Part shown: positions 21,504 to 31,297 of the stretch, piece after piece
Position numbering within the stretch: the stretch's first letter is position 1
How the letters are laid out: every line of letters starts with the position of its first letter
Origin: Cyanidioschyzon merolae
Taxonomy: Eukaryota
Reading direction: 5' to 3' (one strand)
Length of the DNA: 64,000 bases
Assembly (NCBI GenBank): GCA_000091205.1
Contig: AP006502.2
Translations under genes and position numbers: made by a program
Notes under the pieces: generated by a model
What the model saw: only the letters and a program-made list of their open reading frames with translations
The model's database searches: none
What the model was told of the DNA's origin: nothing

Positions 21504-22208
21504 TTATATCCGAGAAAGGGGTGCTCCGCCCAGCGTGTGCGGCAGTCTGCGGGAAGTATGTACAAAACGAGTACGTAACTTGCCCCCGGATACCTCGGTA
21601 CCATGCAGCAGCAGCAGCTTTTCCACCTGGGTATCCTTTCCAAGCGGTAGACAACGATGCAAAAAATGACGCTTCCAGTGTACCGCTGACGCCATCGTTA
21701 CAACGTCTGGAGGGACAAGAGCAAGCCTTGGAATTGTCTCCGGTGGCGTCAGGTGACGAACGTCGATTCGATAGAAATCCCAGAGTTTGTACTCGGTTTC
21801 CAAGAACGCTATCCGCTCATCAACAGCCGCATGCAGCGGCATATGATCCGCAAAGCGGTGCCCACAAACGCAGTTATCGGCGGGAAACCAGTGCGGCCCT
21901 GTGTCCGCAAACAGCGAATCGTGGGGCTGTCTCCAAGCCTGCATCGCAAGCGCCCTTGCCAGCCGGTAAACGCCTTGCCCCAGCGCAATCAGTACCCCCA
22001 AGATATTCAGATGGAAGACGGCACATCGGCACTGACGGAACTCGTAATCCGGATGAAAGAGTATCACACCGCCGCCGGTTCGCGGTTCAGTAGTGACAGC
22101 TTGTCTGCGGCGAGGTAACTTGGTGCGCAACCAGCGGCGGAAACGCGCTCGCGAGGTCCACGGCTCGCCACTCAGGGCTTCGAAGCTGGGAACCGAGCGA
22201 CAACCCAT
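21504..22208 (-). CDS. hypothetical protein (uncertain; overlaps an opposite-strand ORF)
   Basis: 234-aa ATG-initiated ORF that overlaps the 237-aa plus-strand ORF 21380..22093. The minus ORF has more protein-like composition (VCGHRFADHMPLHAAVDERIAFLETEYKLWDFYRIDV). The plus ORF is low-complexity. Neither is recognisable. Confidence 0.2.
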   Translation of the reverse strand: MGCRSVPSFEALSGEPWTSRARFRRWLRTKLPRRRQAVTTEPRTGGGVILFHPDYEFRQCRCAVFHLNILGVLIALGQGVYRLARALAMQAWRQPHDSLFADTGPHWFPADNCVCGHRFADHMPLHAAVDERIAFLETEYKLWDFYRIDVRHLTPPETIPRLALVPPDVVTMASAVHWKRHFLHRCLPLGKDTQVEKLLLLHGTEVSGGKLRTRFVHTSRRLPHTLGGAPLSRI

Positions 22209-22669
22209 AGCGTGCGTTCTGCAGCAACCACGAACGCTTCAGCACGTCATATCCGTACACGGGCGCACCTGGAACGGAGCACCGGTATCGGGAACGCCAC
22301 TGGAAGAGTTCCCAAAGCCAGAACAACCTCAATGCAGCGTGAAAATTATCAGTTACGCTGTGCTACGGTACGTAGCGCAGGGCACTTCCAGTGCCTACGA
22401 AATGTAGCGGTTGCCGCGTTGCTGCCTGCACGCAACCTCCCAAAGAATACCCAGAGCGTTGCACGAAGACCCTAAGGTGCTTTCGATGAAGTCCTACTGA
22501 ACACACGCAAGAGCTCCCGCGTCACTGGCCGTGCCTCGGAGTTCCGGCGACTTGTGAATCAACGATTGACGGAGGGCGCTCGGTTCTCGGCGGTATTGCA
22601 AAGTCGCCAGCCACACATATCCAAATATAGGTGCCTTTTAAAAATGATGATAGAAGCAATACGTTCGAT

Positions 22670-24280
22670 TTTCGAGTGAGTGAACGCATTCGCTGCTTGC
22701 AGGTGCAATTCATAGTCAGCAAACCGTAAAACGTTCTATGACCGTGGTGGGTATACATATACATACCCAGTCGCAGACGCCTCCCAGGCTTGTTTGCCCA
22801 GACGACTGCTATCGGCTTCAGTCTCTCCTCGCACACTTTGACCATGAGAGTCTGCACCACAGAGTCGGATCGTGTAAGCTCCTCGGGTATCGTCTTCAGC
22901 ACTGCACATCTTCTGATATTGACGGCGGCGTTAAGGTCTCGGTTCACGAATTGCTTGCGTTTCTTGCCTCAGGTGCAACTAACCGATGCAAGGATTCCTC
23001 GGACGCGTGCCCTCTGTGGTACCACAGTATTGCCACCGTCCTGTCGAGCAAACACCATTCTCGTCCATCGCCCTTCCTATGCTCCTTAGTGATTTGCTCT
23101 TCTTTGCTTGGTGGACGACGAGATGCGGATTTTTCGCTTATTTTTCCCCGCAGCCGGAGATGGTGGTCCTCCAGCATCCTTGACTCGCAAGTCTATACCT
23201 TGGCCCATGATTTTTTATTTCTTCAAATGGACGCACTTTAGTATACTCTCAGAAAAGAACCCTCCCAGAGGGAGAAGGACTTGTGCGAGAAAGACAGCAT
23301 ATGTCCCGGTATCAATTTGAGCTGAACGCTTCAGTGATTCGCTCTGTAGAGCGATCATTCCTTTTCAGGATAGAGAACATTCCTTTCATGGGCGTCAATC
23401 ACGGAGTATACGTAGGAATGAAAAGCACCGCTGCCAAGACAGAATCGGCAAAAGCTCGAAAGAAATCGAAATGGTGAAATATCACGTTGTCCAGTAGAAA
23501 GACGTCGCCAAACGTGAGGGAAAAGTCCGCTATGAATCGACAAAATGAGTGCTGTTGGATGAGCCCTCTGAATGAGCGAAACTGATGCCGCCAATTGTAT
23601 CCACTGCAGCTAGAACAGATGATGACGCCTTAGTTCTCTTCGCGTTCGATCGTGCGTACCATGGGCTCCCTGCTCCGCGAATACCCATATCCATCCCGAG
23701 CGTCTCGCCCAAAGGAACTCTCATCGACTGGAAAAACAAAGTCCTCGTGTTTCTCACCTATCGCGACGTTTCAGGAACGCTTTCGCTGCGATTTCGGTGC
23801 AAGATGGCCATGGTTGAACTCGGACTTTTGTTGGAGAGTGTATCTCAGTGTATTCAGGACCGCACGAACAAGCTGTTGTGAAACAGAGACTCCCCTGATG
23901 GCTACTATTATCGCTTTTTTCTTTCCGTAAGGTGATCAATGGGTCTTTTTATAGCACTGACCGCAAGCAGTCTTCGAGAACATCGGTTTTTGGCGCGGAG
24001 TGCATCTACGTGCCTCTTTCATTGTTCCTCAACCATCAGAGTCCAGTGTAGTGACTACCCTGAATGAGAAATGCAATCCTCCGATCACTCTTCAGTAAAG
24101 CATATATCCTGCATGCAATTCATCTACGATCTATCGGCCACATTGCAGCCTGACCTCGATCCCCGTTTATACGCCGCATCGAGCGCGGAACAGACTTGAA
24201 AAACGAAAAGCTTCACAAGATCAGGTCGGCACAGGTGGCGGCCGTGCAAACCCAGTGCTTCATCGTGTTCGAGATTTCCC
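22670..24280 (+). repeat. dispersed repeat family, copy A (~1.6 kb; possible degenerate mobile element or non-coding duplication)
   Basis: About 70% nucleotide identity, with indels not in multiples of 3, to 43727-44250 (same strand) and to the reverse complement of 44350-45900. Shared landmark strings include tacatacccaGtcgcagacgcctcc, gtctcggttcacgaa, gatgcaaggattcctcg, ttcttcaaatggacgcactt, agaacagatgatg and gcgcggagtgcatctac. Confidence 0.7.
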
Positions 24281-24749
24281 CAAATCAAACGGCTGCAATA
24301 GACTCGTTGTCTTCAGCACTTTTATAGGACCACACGAAAGCGTTGGAAACACTGCACAAAGGTTTCAATATTGCTCGAAAGCGCGTTTGACGCTGCAGTT
24401 GTCGCTGCGTCCGCGTTCGGTATAACTCCGTGAGAGGCGTTTTCCAGTGCTAGCTCGACCAAAACTATACAGTCGATAGAGAGTGACTATCAACTGGAAA
24501 CTTGAAAGGACAAGTTTACAGGTCAATTCTCGCAAGGATTCGTCAGGCCGCACCTGAGCAACCTGCGCAGCACTCGAGTTTCTGCTTGAGCGCACGTTTT
24601 GCGAGATCACGACCACAAGCACCCTTGCAAGCACAACCAAGTTCCTGGAGAAACTTAACGAGTCCGCAGCACTCTCTCAACTAGTTTCTACGTCTCCACA
24701 GAGCAGTGTGCGCGGCTTTCAGTAACGTGCGTCTGCAGCGGGTTTCCAT

Positions 24750-27122
24750 ATGCGCCGCTGTCAACCTGTGGGCGCTGCTTTCGCCAGCGCACCGTCTCGT
24801 AGCGAGGCGCTGTCGACTTCGAGTTTCGTGGCTTACTGGGCACGCTCGGGAGCCCCGGAGCCAGCAAACCGACGACGCCTGTTACGGATACGTTGCATGC
24901 CCGATGCAGCTCCGTTCGTGGTGCTGCGGACGAAACACTGGCGACTCCGCCACTGCTCAGGTCGCTCTCGTATCGAGGCTCTCAACGCCGATGTTACCGA
25001 ATTGCATCAACTCAAAACGCCTACGACATGCTCTCCTGAAATGCCTGAATATCCAGTCGACTGGTCTGCTGCGGATGAGGATGACGCTCACGGGCACCTA
25101 CATGGAAGCAGGACTGCTGCTCAGCGTGGAACGAAGCAGTGCGTAGGCGCCGGACTGGAGACGACTCATCCTGCATCTTGTCAGCAGCGCATCAGAGCGC
25201 AAGACGCTCCATGCGCAACCACAAGCCCCCGAGCAGCAGCGCTCGTGATGCGAATGATCAGGACACACTTGGCAGCTATGTTGGCTATACTGGGCATTGC
25301 GCAGCAGCGGAAGCAGCAGCATGAACGCCAGTCCATTCGGGACTGCGTATCTAGGATGAGTACCGCCTATGCGAAGTATCAAGCGGCGTCGATTCTTGGC
25401 TTTGCGCAGCGCCCACCAGTTCTTACAACATCCGGGGAGCACCGTCCCTGCTGCCTGGGATCGTGCAGCGATTCAATCCTCGGGTCAGACGCGGTGGCGG
25501 ACAGCACGAACGACTCACTGCCGCAGTGGCTACGCGCATGGCGCGGCGGGCGCTCGTGGAGGGCCAACCTACACGTTCCAACAACGGCAGCGAACCTGCA
25601 GGATACCGGAAAGCAATCCGGGCTATCTCGGGAACTTGTCGTTATCTCGGAACGGCTGCTAGAGCGAGGCCTAGCCACGGGACGCTCAACCGCACTCGAA
25701 ATCGAGTCGAAACGAAGGGCAATCTCTTCGCTGTTGCAGCGCTACACCGAGACTACAGACTCGCCGCAGGGCTCGGAAACCTCAACTGGGTGCGTACCGA
25801 GTTTTCGCATGGAGGCAGGTATCACCAGGAGCGAGCAAGACGCGTTCGACGAGCGCACCAGCCGCAGTGGTACCGCCAGACGCCGCGACGACTGGTATGT
25901 GCCGGCTTCAGCGCGTGCAACACGAACCCGGAACCCCATCCGCGAACTCGTCCAGGGATGGAAACGCTCACCAAACCCGTCACGCGAACTCATTGACCTT
26001 TCCATTGGCGATCCAACCGCTTACCGGAACCTTGAGCCTCCATCGCATCTCTTGGAATATTTCGAAGGTGTGTTGCGAAGTGGGCGCTACCACGGTTATA
26101 CGCACTCCACAGGCATGGAGGATGCCCGCTCAGCGGTGGCGGAACATTTTAACCGCCGACTCGGTCGAAAAGCTCTAAGCTCGCGTGATATCTTCCTGAC
26201 AAGTGGCGTCTCAGGGGCGTTGGAACTCGCTCTATCGGGCCTCCTGAACGAGGGCGATAATATCCTGGTGCCGTGTCCGGGATTCCCGCTCCTGCGCACC
26301 ATAGCCGAAAACCTGGGCGCTTTCGTCCGAGAGTATCCACTGCTTCCTGAACAAGGTTGGAAGATTCATCTGAGCCGTCTGGAAGCATTGGTCGATCATC
26401 GAACACGCGCCCTGGTGGTGAATAACCCAAGCAACCCGTGCGGCTCGGTCTGGGATGCCGCGCATATCACTGAGATCCTCGCTGTCGCTGCCCGGCTGCG
26501 TCTACCGATTCTAAGCGATGAAGTCTACGCGGACATGGTGTTCCCGTCAGTTTCCTTTCATTCATTCGCTGCGCTCAGTCGAGAGGTACCCATTGTGACC
26601 GTCGGGGGTCTCTCGAAACAATTCATTGTGCCTGGATGGCGACTGGGATGGGTTGTTCTCCATGATCCAGTGGGCGCTCTAGATCGCTGCGGCTACCGTG
26701 ATGGGTTACAGCGACTCACCACGCGGATGCTGCTCCCGAACGCACTCGCTCAGGCGGTGGTCCCGTATGCGTTGGGCGAAGAAGCCCTGCGGAAGGCTTT
26801 TCTCGACGATTTGATGCTGCACTTGGCAAGCAATGCTTCGCTGTTCACGGAAAAGCTGCGAGCGGTGCCTGGATTACGCTGTATCATGCCCCAAGGTGCG
26901 ATGTATATGATGATTCAAGTAGACTGTTCTCGATTTTCATCCATCGCGAATACTATGGAATTCTGTCAACAGCTCTACGATGCAGAGAGCGTACTAGCGT
27001 TGCCAGGCGAGTGCTTTGGTGCTGAGGGCTTTATCCGTGTGGTCACGTTCCCGCCACAGCGCATCATCATCGAGGCCTGTGAACGGATCAAGCGCTTCTG
27101 CACGAGTCGATGTGAAAAGTAG
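24750..27122 (+). CDS. TAT: tyrosine aminotransferase (class I PLP aminotransferase, TAT subfamily) with long low-complexity N-terminal extension
   Basis: The C-terminal ~435 aa align almost collinearly to vertebrate TAT. Matching motifs include NPIRELVQGWKRSPNPSRELIDLSIGDPT, ILVPCPGF, LVVNNPSNPCGSVWDAAHITEILAVAARLRLPILSDEVYADMVF, SKQFIVPGWRLGW (with the PLP lysine) and FIRVVTFPPQRIIIEACERIKRFC. The first ~350 aa are S/A/R-rich with no homology. An alternative ATG lies at ~25809 (MEAGITRSE), about 40 aa before the NPIR motif. Confidence 0.9.
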   Translation: MRRCQPVGAAFASAPSRSEALSTSSFVAYWARSGAPEPANRRRLLRIRCMPDAAPFVVLRTKHWRLRHCSGRSRIEALNADVTELHQLKTPTTCSPEMPEYPVDWSAADEDDAHGHLHGSRTAAQRGTKQCVGAGLETTHPASCQQRIRAQDAPCATTSPRAAALVMRMIRTHLAAMLAILGIAQQRKQQHERQSIRDCVSRMSTAYAKYQAASILGFAQRPPVLTTSGEHRPCCLGSCSDSILGSDAVADSTNDSLPQWLRAWRGGRSWRANLHVPTTAANLQDTGKQSGLSRELVVISERLLERGLATGRSTALEIESKRRAISSLLQRYTETTDSPQGSETSTGCVPSFRMEAGITRSEQDAFDERTSRSGTARRRDDWYVPASARATRTRNPIRELVQGWKRSPNPSRELIDLSIGDPTAYRNLEPPSHLLEYFEGVLRSGRYHGYTHSTGMEDARSAVAEHFNRRLGRKALSSRDIFLTSGVSGALELALSGLLNEGDNILVPCPGFPLLRTIAENLGAFVREYPLLPEQGWKIHLSRLEALVDHRTRALVVNNPSNPCGSVWDAAHITEILAVAARLRLPILSDEVYADMVFPSVSFHSFAALSREVPIVTVGGLSKQFIVPGWRLGWVVLHDPVGALDRCGYRDGLQRLTTRMLLPNALAQAVVPYALGEEALRKAFLDDLMLHLASNASLFTEKLRAVPGLRCIMPQGAMYMMIQVDCSRFSSIANTMEFCQQLYDAESVLALPGECFGAEGFIRVVTFPPQRIIIEACERIKRFCTSRCEK

Positions 27123-30100
27123 GGTTGCTGATGCGGCGAGAGCGGTTCCTGTCTGCCGTGAAAGACCAATGGAGCGAAACAGGGACCCTTTGAGATGCGC
27201 GTCGGTTATCGGCTGTCGCGGAAGCGGTTACATCCGGAACGCTCCAGTGCCGCCAAGCGGTTGCTGCCCCGGCTTGAGGCTCTTGGAAACAGCGGATACT
27301 CGTTTTCGTGCACCAAGGAGCGGTTGCGCGCCGCCATACCGCACAGCGACGACACCATAGTATCCTTGCAACCAGAAAGGAGAAGCGTGCTGCTCCCGGC
27401 TGGCCGAGGTGTTCTTACAAACACTACGGTACGAGTTCAAATTGGGTACGTTCAGCGTGAACGTTTCTAAAACCCAGAAGGGATCGTAACTGGCGTCTTT
27501 GCGTATACTCTTGCCGAGCGTATGCAGCGACTTGCAGTGTTTGTGCCTGGCGCGATGCACGGAAGCGGCGTATATTTTCTGTCGCAAAAGCGCTCTATAA
27601 AAATCATGCCTGCGACCGAGGACTTGCATTGAGAACACAAAAACTCGCCACAGGACGTTGTCTCTGGCGGTAGACAACGGCTTCGCAAGGATCCTGGAAC
27701 CATGATTCTCGGCTTGCTCCAGATGATGAACTGAAACGTCATCTATACACGTGTCAGGATGGAATGGAACGGGAAAGTTTTCGTTTTGTTCCTGCCTTTC
27801 GATTAGGCATGTTTTCGATAACCAACTGCGGTATTCGAAGTGCTGGAATAAGACACAGGAAGACATGGGTAGTTCTGGGGTTCTCGGTCGTCGTTTTTCT
27901 CTCTCTCTCTCGGAATGACGCCTTCGACGCTTTGCCGCTGGAGTTTTCCACTTCACTAAAATCAAGAGGACTCACGATGTCCACGAACAAGGCTTCGTAA
28001 AAGAACCGGTATCGTGATCCAATGCGCACCTACAACCCTCTACGCCTACCCGTTCGCTACATCTAGGGTACCCAAATCACGCATCCTTCAAAATTTCCAT
28101 GTTTCTAGTTCGAGGCACATCGTGAGCGGAGCAGTTTGCTCTTCTGGGGTGACGTGAAATAAAAACGCGATATCGTAATTTGACGACTTTCTCATAAGCT
28201 CTGGTCGTGGGTGCCATGATCTTCTTACTTTAAATGATTGAAATCCCCGAACGACAAAGCCTCCTCCTTTGTAATCATCGACGAAACTTTACTCGATAAC
28301 AACATGATACCTCGAATGGAAGATGCGCCCAGAGGCTCCCATTAATTCTCTTTGTATAGGGATGAGTCTTGGACTTGTGTCATTTCAGCGATCGCCTCCC
28401 GTGGTACATGCGTCATCGCTTGATACGTCGACGGATCGAAATGCCTCGACTTTTCTCCGTTAGGAAAAATGTTTCCTTCCAGTACTTGATGCACTATGGA
28501 CAGTACCGCGTTTCAAGAATGCTCAGTAGAACAGAGCATTGCGGACCTGCGCGTGCAGCGGACAGAGTACTCATCAAGAGTCTCGCCGCGGTGTATCCCA
28601 CGATCCTAGGGTACAACACTTGGCGCGGAAACCGAGCGCCGCATCTAGAGTAGCCCTCTGTACCCGTCAAATGCATCTACTGGGCGTTGAAGCAAGCCTG
28701 CACGCGCCGCACCGGAGCTCTCGGAGATGGAGGAGGATGCAAAGCAGACAGATGGGAACGCCCGATCAGCGTCAGGTTTCATCTCTGAGAGGGGTGCATC
28801 GACGCTGCATCGAAGGAAGCTGCAGACTGCCAGCAATGCGTAAATCGCAACTTGCGTCTGTGGAAGAAATGTGTCGACAAGAGCCGGCCACTATAAATTC
28901 AGGACTTGAATGCTGCCATTAACAACTGGAGGCTGTTGATAACACAGTAGGAGAGAAGGGAGAAACCGGTGTGTGGAAAGTCACAGAAAGCGTAGAGGAG
29001 CAGGAGGCAGTTACGGAAAAATCTCGCCAATGCTGGTGCTTTTGACATTTTGAAACAACCAAAAGATTAGACTGGAGGCTCGAGTGTGTCATTTGGACCC
29101 GTTCCATTTTACTCTAACGAGAATATAGAAGATGCCGGGTGTACGGAAGCTCTCGTGTCCGAGGTCTTCAACCGAGCGCCTCCTTTGCACGTTTACCGCG
29201 GAGGCAGGGTTCAGGGAGCGCCCGCCGCGTGCAGAGAACGCCGCTCTTTGGGCCGCCTGCCTCATGTGCTCGAAGCGTGCCGCCCTGCTCCTAGTGTGAG
29301 CAACCGAAATCAGAACCTGGCTACCCTACATGTAAACCAGAGGTCGAGCAGCCGCATTCCCGGGAAATGCGTAACATTGGCGTTATCTGCTATCAACGGC
29401 GAACTGGAAACAGTGTCCATGATAAAACCCTGGAATTTTTTACTCGCTACACAGAGTCTGAGCCTCGGTGACACTTGTAACCAAGCGAGAATAGATTTCA
29501 TGGATGGATACTTGCCAACGCATTGGAGCACGGTGGTATCTGCATGGTACTCACCAGGGAACTCATTCACATGTCCATGTACCACGCGACAGTTCCCGAA
29601 AAACCGTACAGTCGCCAATCTTCACAGCCGTGGCATCCTTGGAGTGCAACCATGAGCAGTGAGGCAAAACCCTTGCATCTTTTCGTTCCAAAGTTGCTGC
29701 CAAGCATCCTTCTGGTCGCATTACGATGCGTTCTGTTGCACGTTCTAGTGCGGACGCCCAAATCACGCTATGTAGCACAGTGCTCACTGATGTTTGCGAG
29801 CACAACCACGGGTCACGATGCCCTTATTCTACGTATTTTTCTAAAGCGCTTCTCCGAATTTCTGCCTACCAGGCTGGCAACCGGTGATGATCCCTATACA
29901 TGGTACGCGTTTGATGTATGCCGCTGCGGGTGCACGCGCTCTCTCATGCTGGGAAGCGCTCGACGAGGCGGGAAACAACTCTCCTGCCCTTGGCACCAGA
30001 TGCGCTTTTCACCAATATCCCATAGACGAGCGTACTCTGTGACGATGACTCATCCTGCAGTGCGGGCTGCTCTGAGCGTTTGTACGAAAACGAGAGAACT

Positions 30101-30364
30101 TGATGCAGCGTTCGCAATACTGCAAGCATGACAGGCGTAGGCGTATTCGGTAGGTTTCCGTCCGCCCGGGGGTAGCTATCGGATGGATGTCGAGACTCGA
30201 GAGAGCCGGCTCGTAGAGACTTACGCCCATCTGCTCATCAACTTGCAGCTGCAGATTCATCCCGAAAATACACCAAAACTGGCTCTCGAACTTGTCTATC
30301 ACCACGTATGGCCGCATATCCTTGCAGATGACACTGGGCGAACCCCTGAAAAGAGCTGTTCAGT

Positions 30365-31297
30365 TCACGCACCACCCCTTTCGCATGAACATTCACGCGG
30401 ATGGGTCTCCAGAAACTTTAGCAGAACTTCTCTTGCCCGCGACAGACGAATAAACGCCTCCGTGCGCTGCTCCTCCTCCCAGGTCTCGCCGGCCTTATCG
30501 CCAGCGGTTCGACGCCAGTCTGGGTGCAGCGGTGCACATTTGCTGCGGAAAGTTCGATTGACAACGTGCGAGCACCAGTCACCCTCAAGACCGAGTACTC
30601 GAGCCGCGTCGGTTACAGTCAGATCCAGATTACCTCGCTTGGCGTTGAAGGCCTGCAGCCGCTCTTCCTGTTCCCGGGTGTAGTCCTTCACCCACTCAAT
30701 CGCGCCGTCAATCGCGTAGCGTTTGCAGAAGCCGCAACGAACCCCATCTTTGTTATAGATGATCTCACTCTGAATATTACCGTTTTCGTAGTAAGTACGC
30801 CAGTGACCCACTTTGCGAGCGCGCATGGTCTCTTCGTCCTCGACAAAGAAGACTTTCTCCGACTTGAGACGATTATTCGGGTAGTAGTGTTTGCGGTAAA
30901 GGTACGGCTGGCCAAGTGCAAAGTGCATGTCAACCCTACATATCCCACTTGGATCGTAGTGCTTCTCTTCAACTACGCGGTCGTAGTAGGATGACTCAGC
31001 GGTGGGGTCTGTGGCGTCCCGACGAAGGCGTCGCACGAAGGTCCGCATCAGCTTCAGCATGCCGTTCTCGTGGTACTCACGAACTGTCTGCAGCCGTCCA
31101 TCCTCTTCGTCCGGTTCGGTGTCCTCGTCATCCGATCGGTAGCCGTGGTACAGGTCGAGGACACAACTTTGACGTGTGTAGACGCCAGCAAGACGCAGTG
31201 CCTCTGCCGAGGACTGGTGCAAGTCTAACTTGTGATTAACTTCGGTGCTCAGCGCGAAAACCGCATCATCGTCCTGTGCTTTGTTCGTTGGTTTCAT
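30365..31297 (-). CDS. MORN-variant (YwqK-like) repeat protein
   Basis: The track start (31501) is a GTG; the start was placed at the ATG at 31295-31297 (MKPTNKAQDDD). It carries repeated G.W..YY.NG......Y..G motifs: HYYPNNRLKSEKVFFVEDEE, GHWRTYYENGNIQSEIIYNKDGVRCGFCKRYAIDGAIEW. Confidence 0.5.
   Translation of the reverse strand: MKPTNKAQDDDAVFALSTEVNHKLDLHQSSAEALRLAGVYTRQSCVLDLYHGYRSDDEDTEPDEEDGRLQTVREYHENGMLKLMRTFVRRLRRDATDPTAESSYYDRVVEEKHYDPSGICRVDMHFALGQPYLYRKHYYPNNRLKSEKVFFVEDEETMRARKVGHWRTYYENGNIQSEIIYNKDGVRCGFCKRYAIDGAIEWVKDYTREQEERLQAFNAKRGNLDLTVTDAARVLGLEGDWCSHVVNRTFRSKCAPLHPDWRRTAGDKAGETWEEEQRTEAFIRLSRAREVLLKFLETHPRECSCERGGA

Noticed and set aside
21380-22093. 237-aa plus-strand ORF overlapping the 234-aa minus-strand ORF
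   Set aside because: Low-complexity (A/P/R/Q-rich) translation. It cannot be distinguished from an antisense artefact. The minus ORF was kept only at low confidence.
22738-23241. ORFs inside the dispersed repeat copies (22738..23241, 23585..23881, 43734..44123, 45068..45760, 44877..45386) that share peptide similarity between copies
   Set aside because: The similarity is a by-product of nucleotide homology. Indels between copies are not multiples of 3 and the frames are broken, so these are not conserved proteins. No homology to transposase, RT or integrase motifs is recognisable.
27228-27965. 245-aa minus-strand ORF in the gap after the TAT gene
   Set aside because: The basic, low-complexity translation starts with an R/K-rich stretch and has no motifs. 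It is in a region with several equally long overlapping ORFs in other frames.
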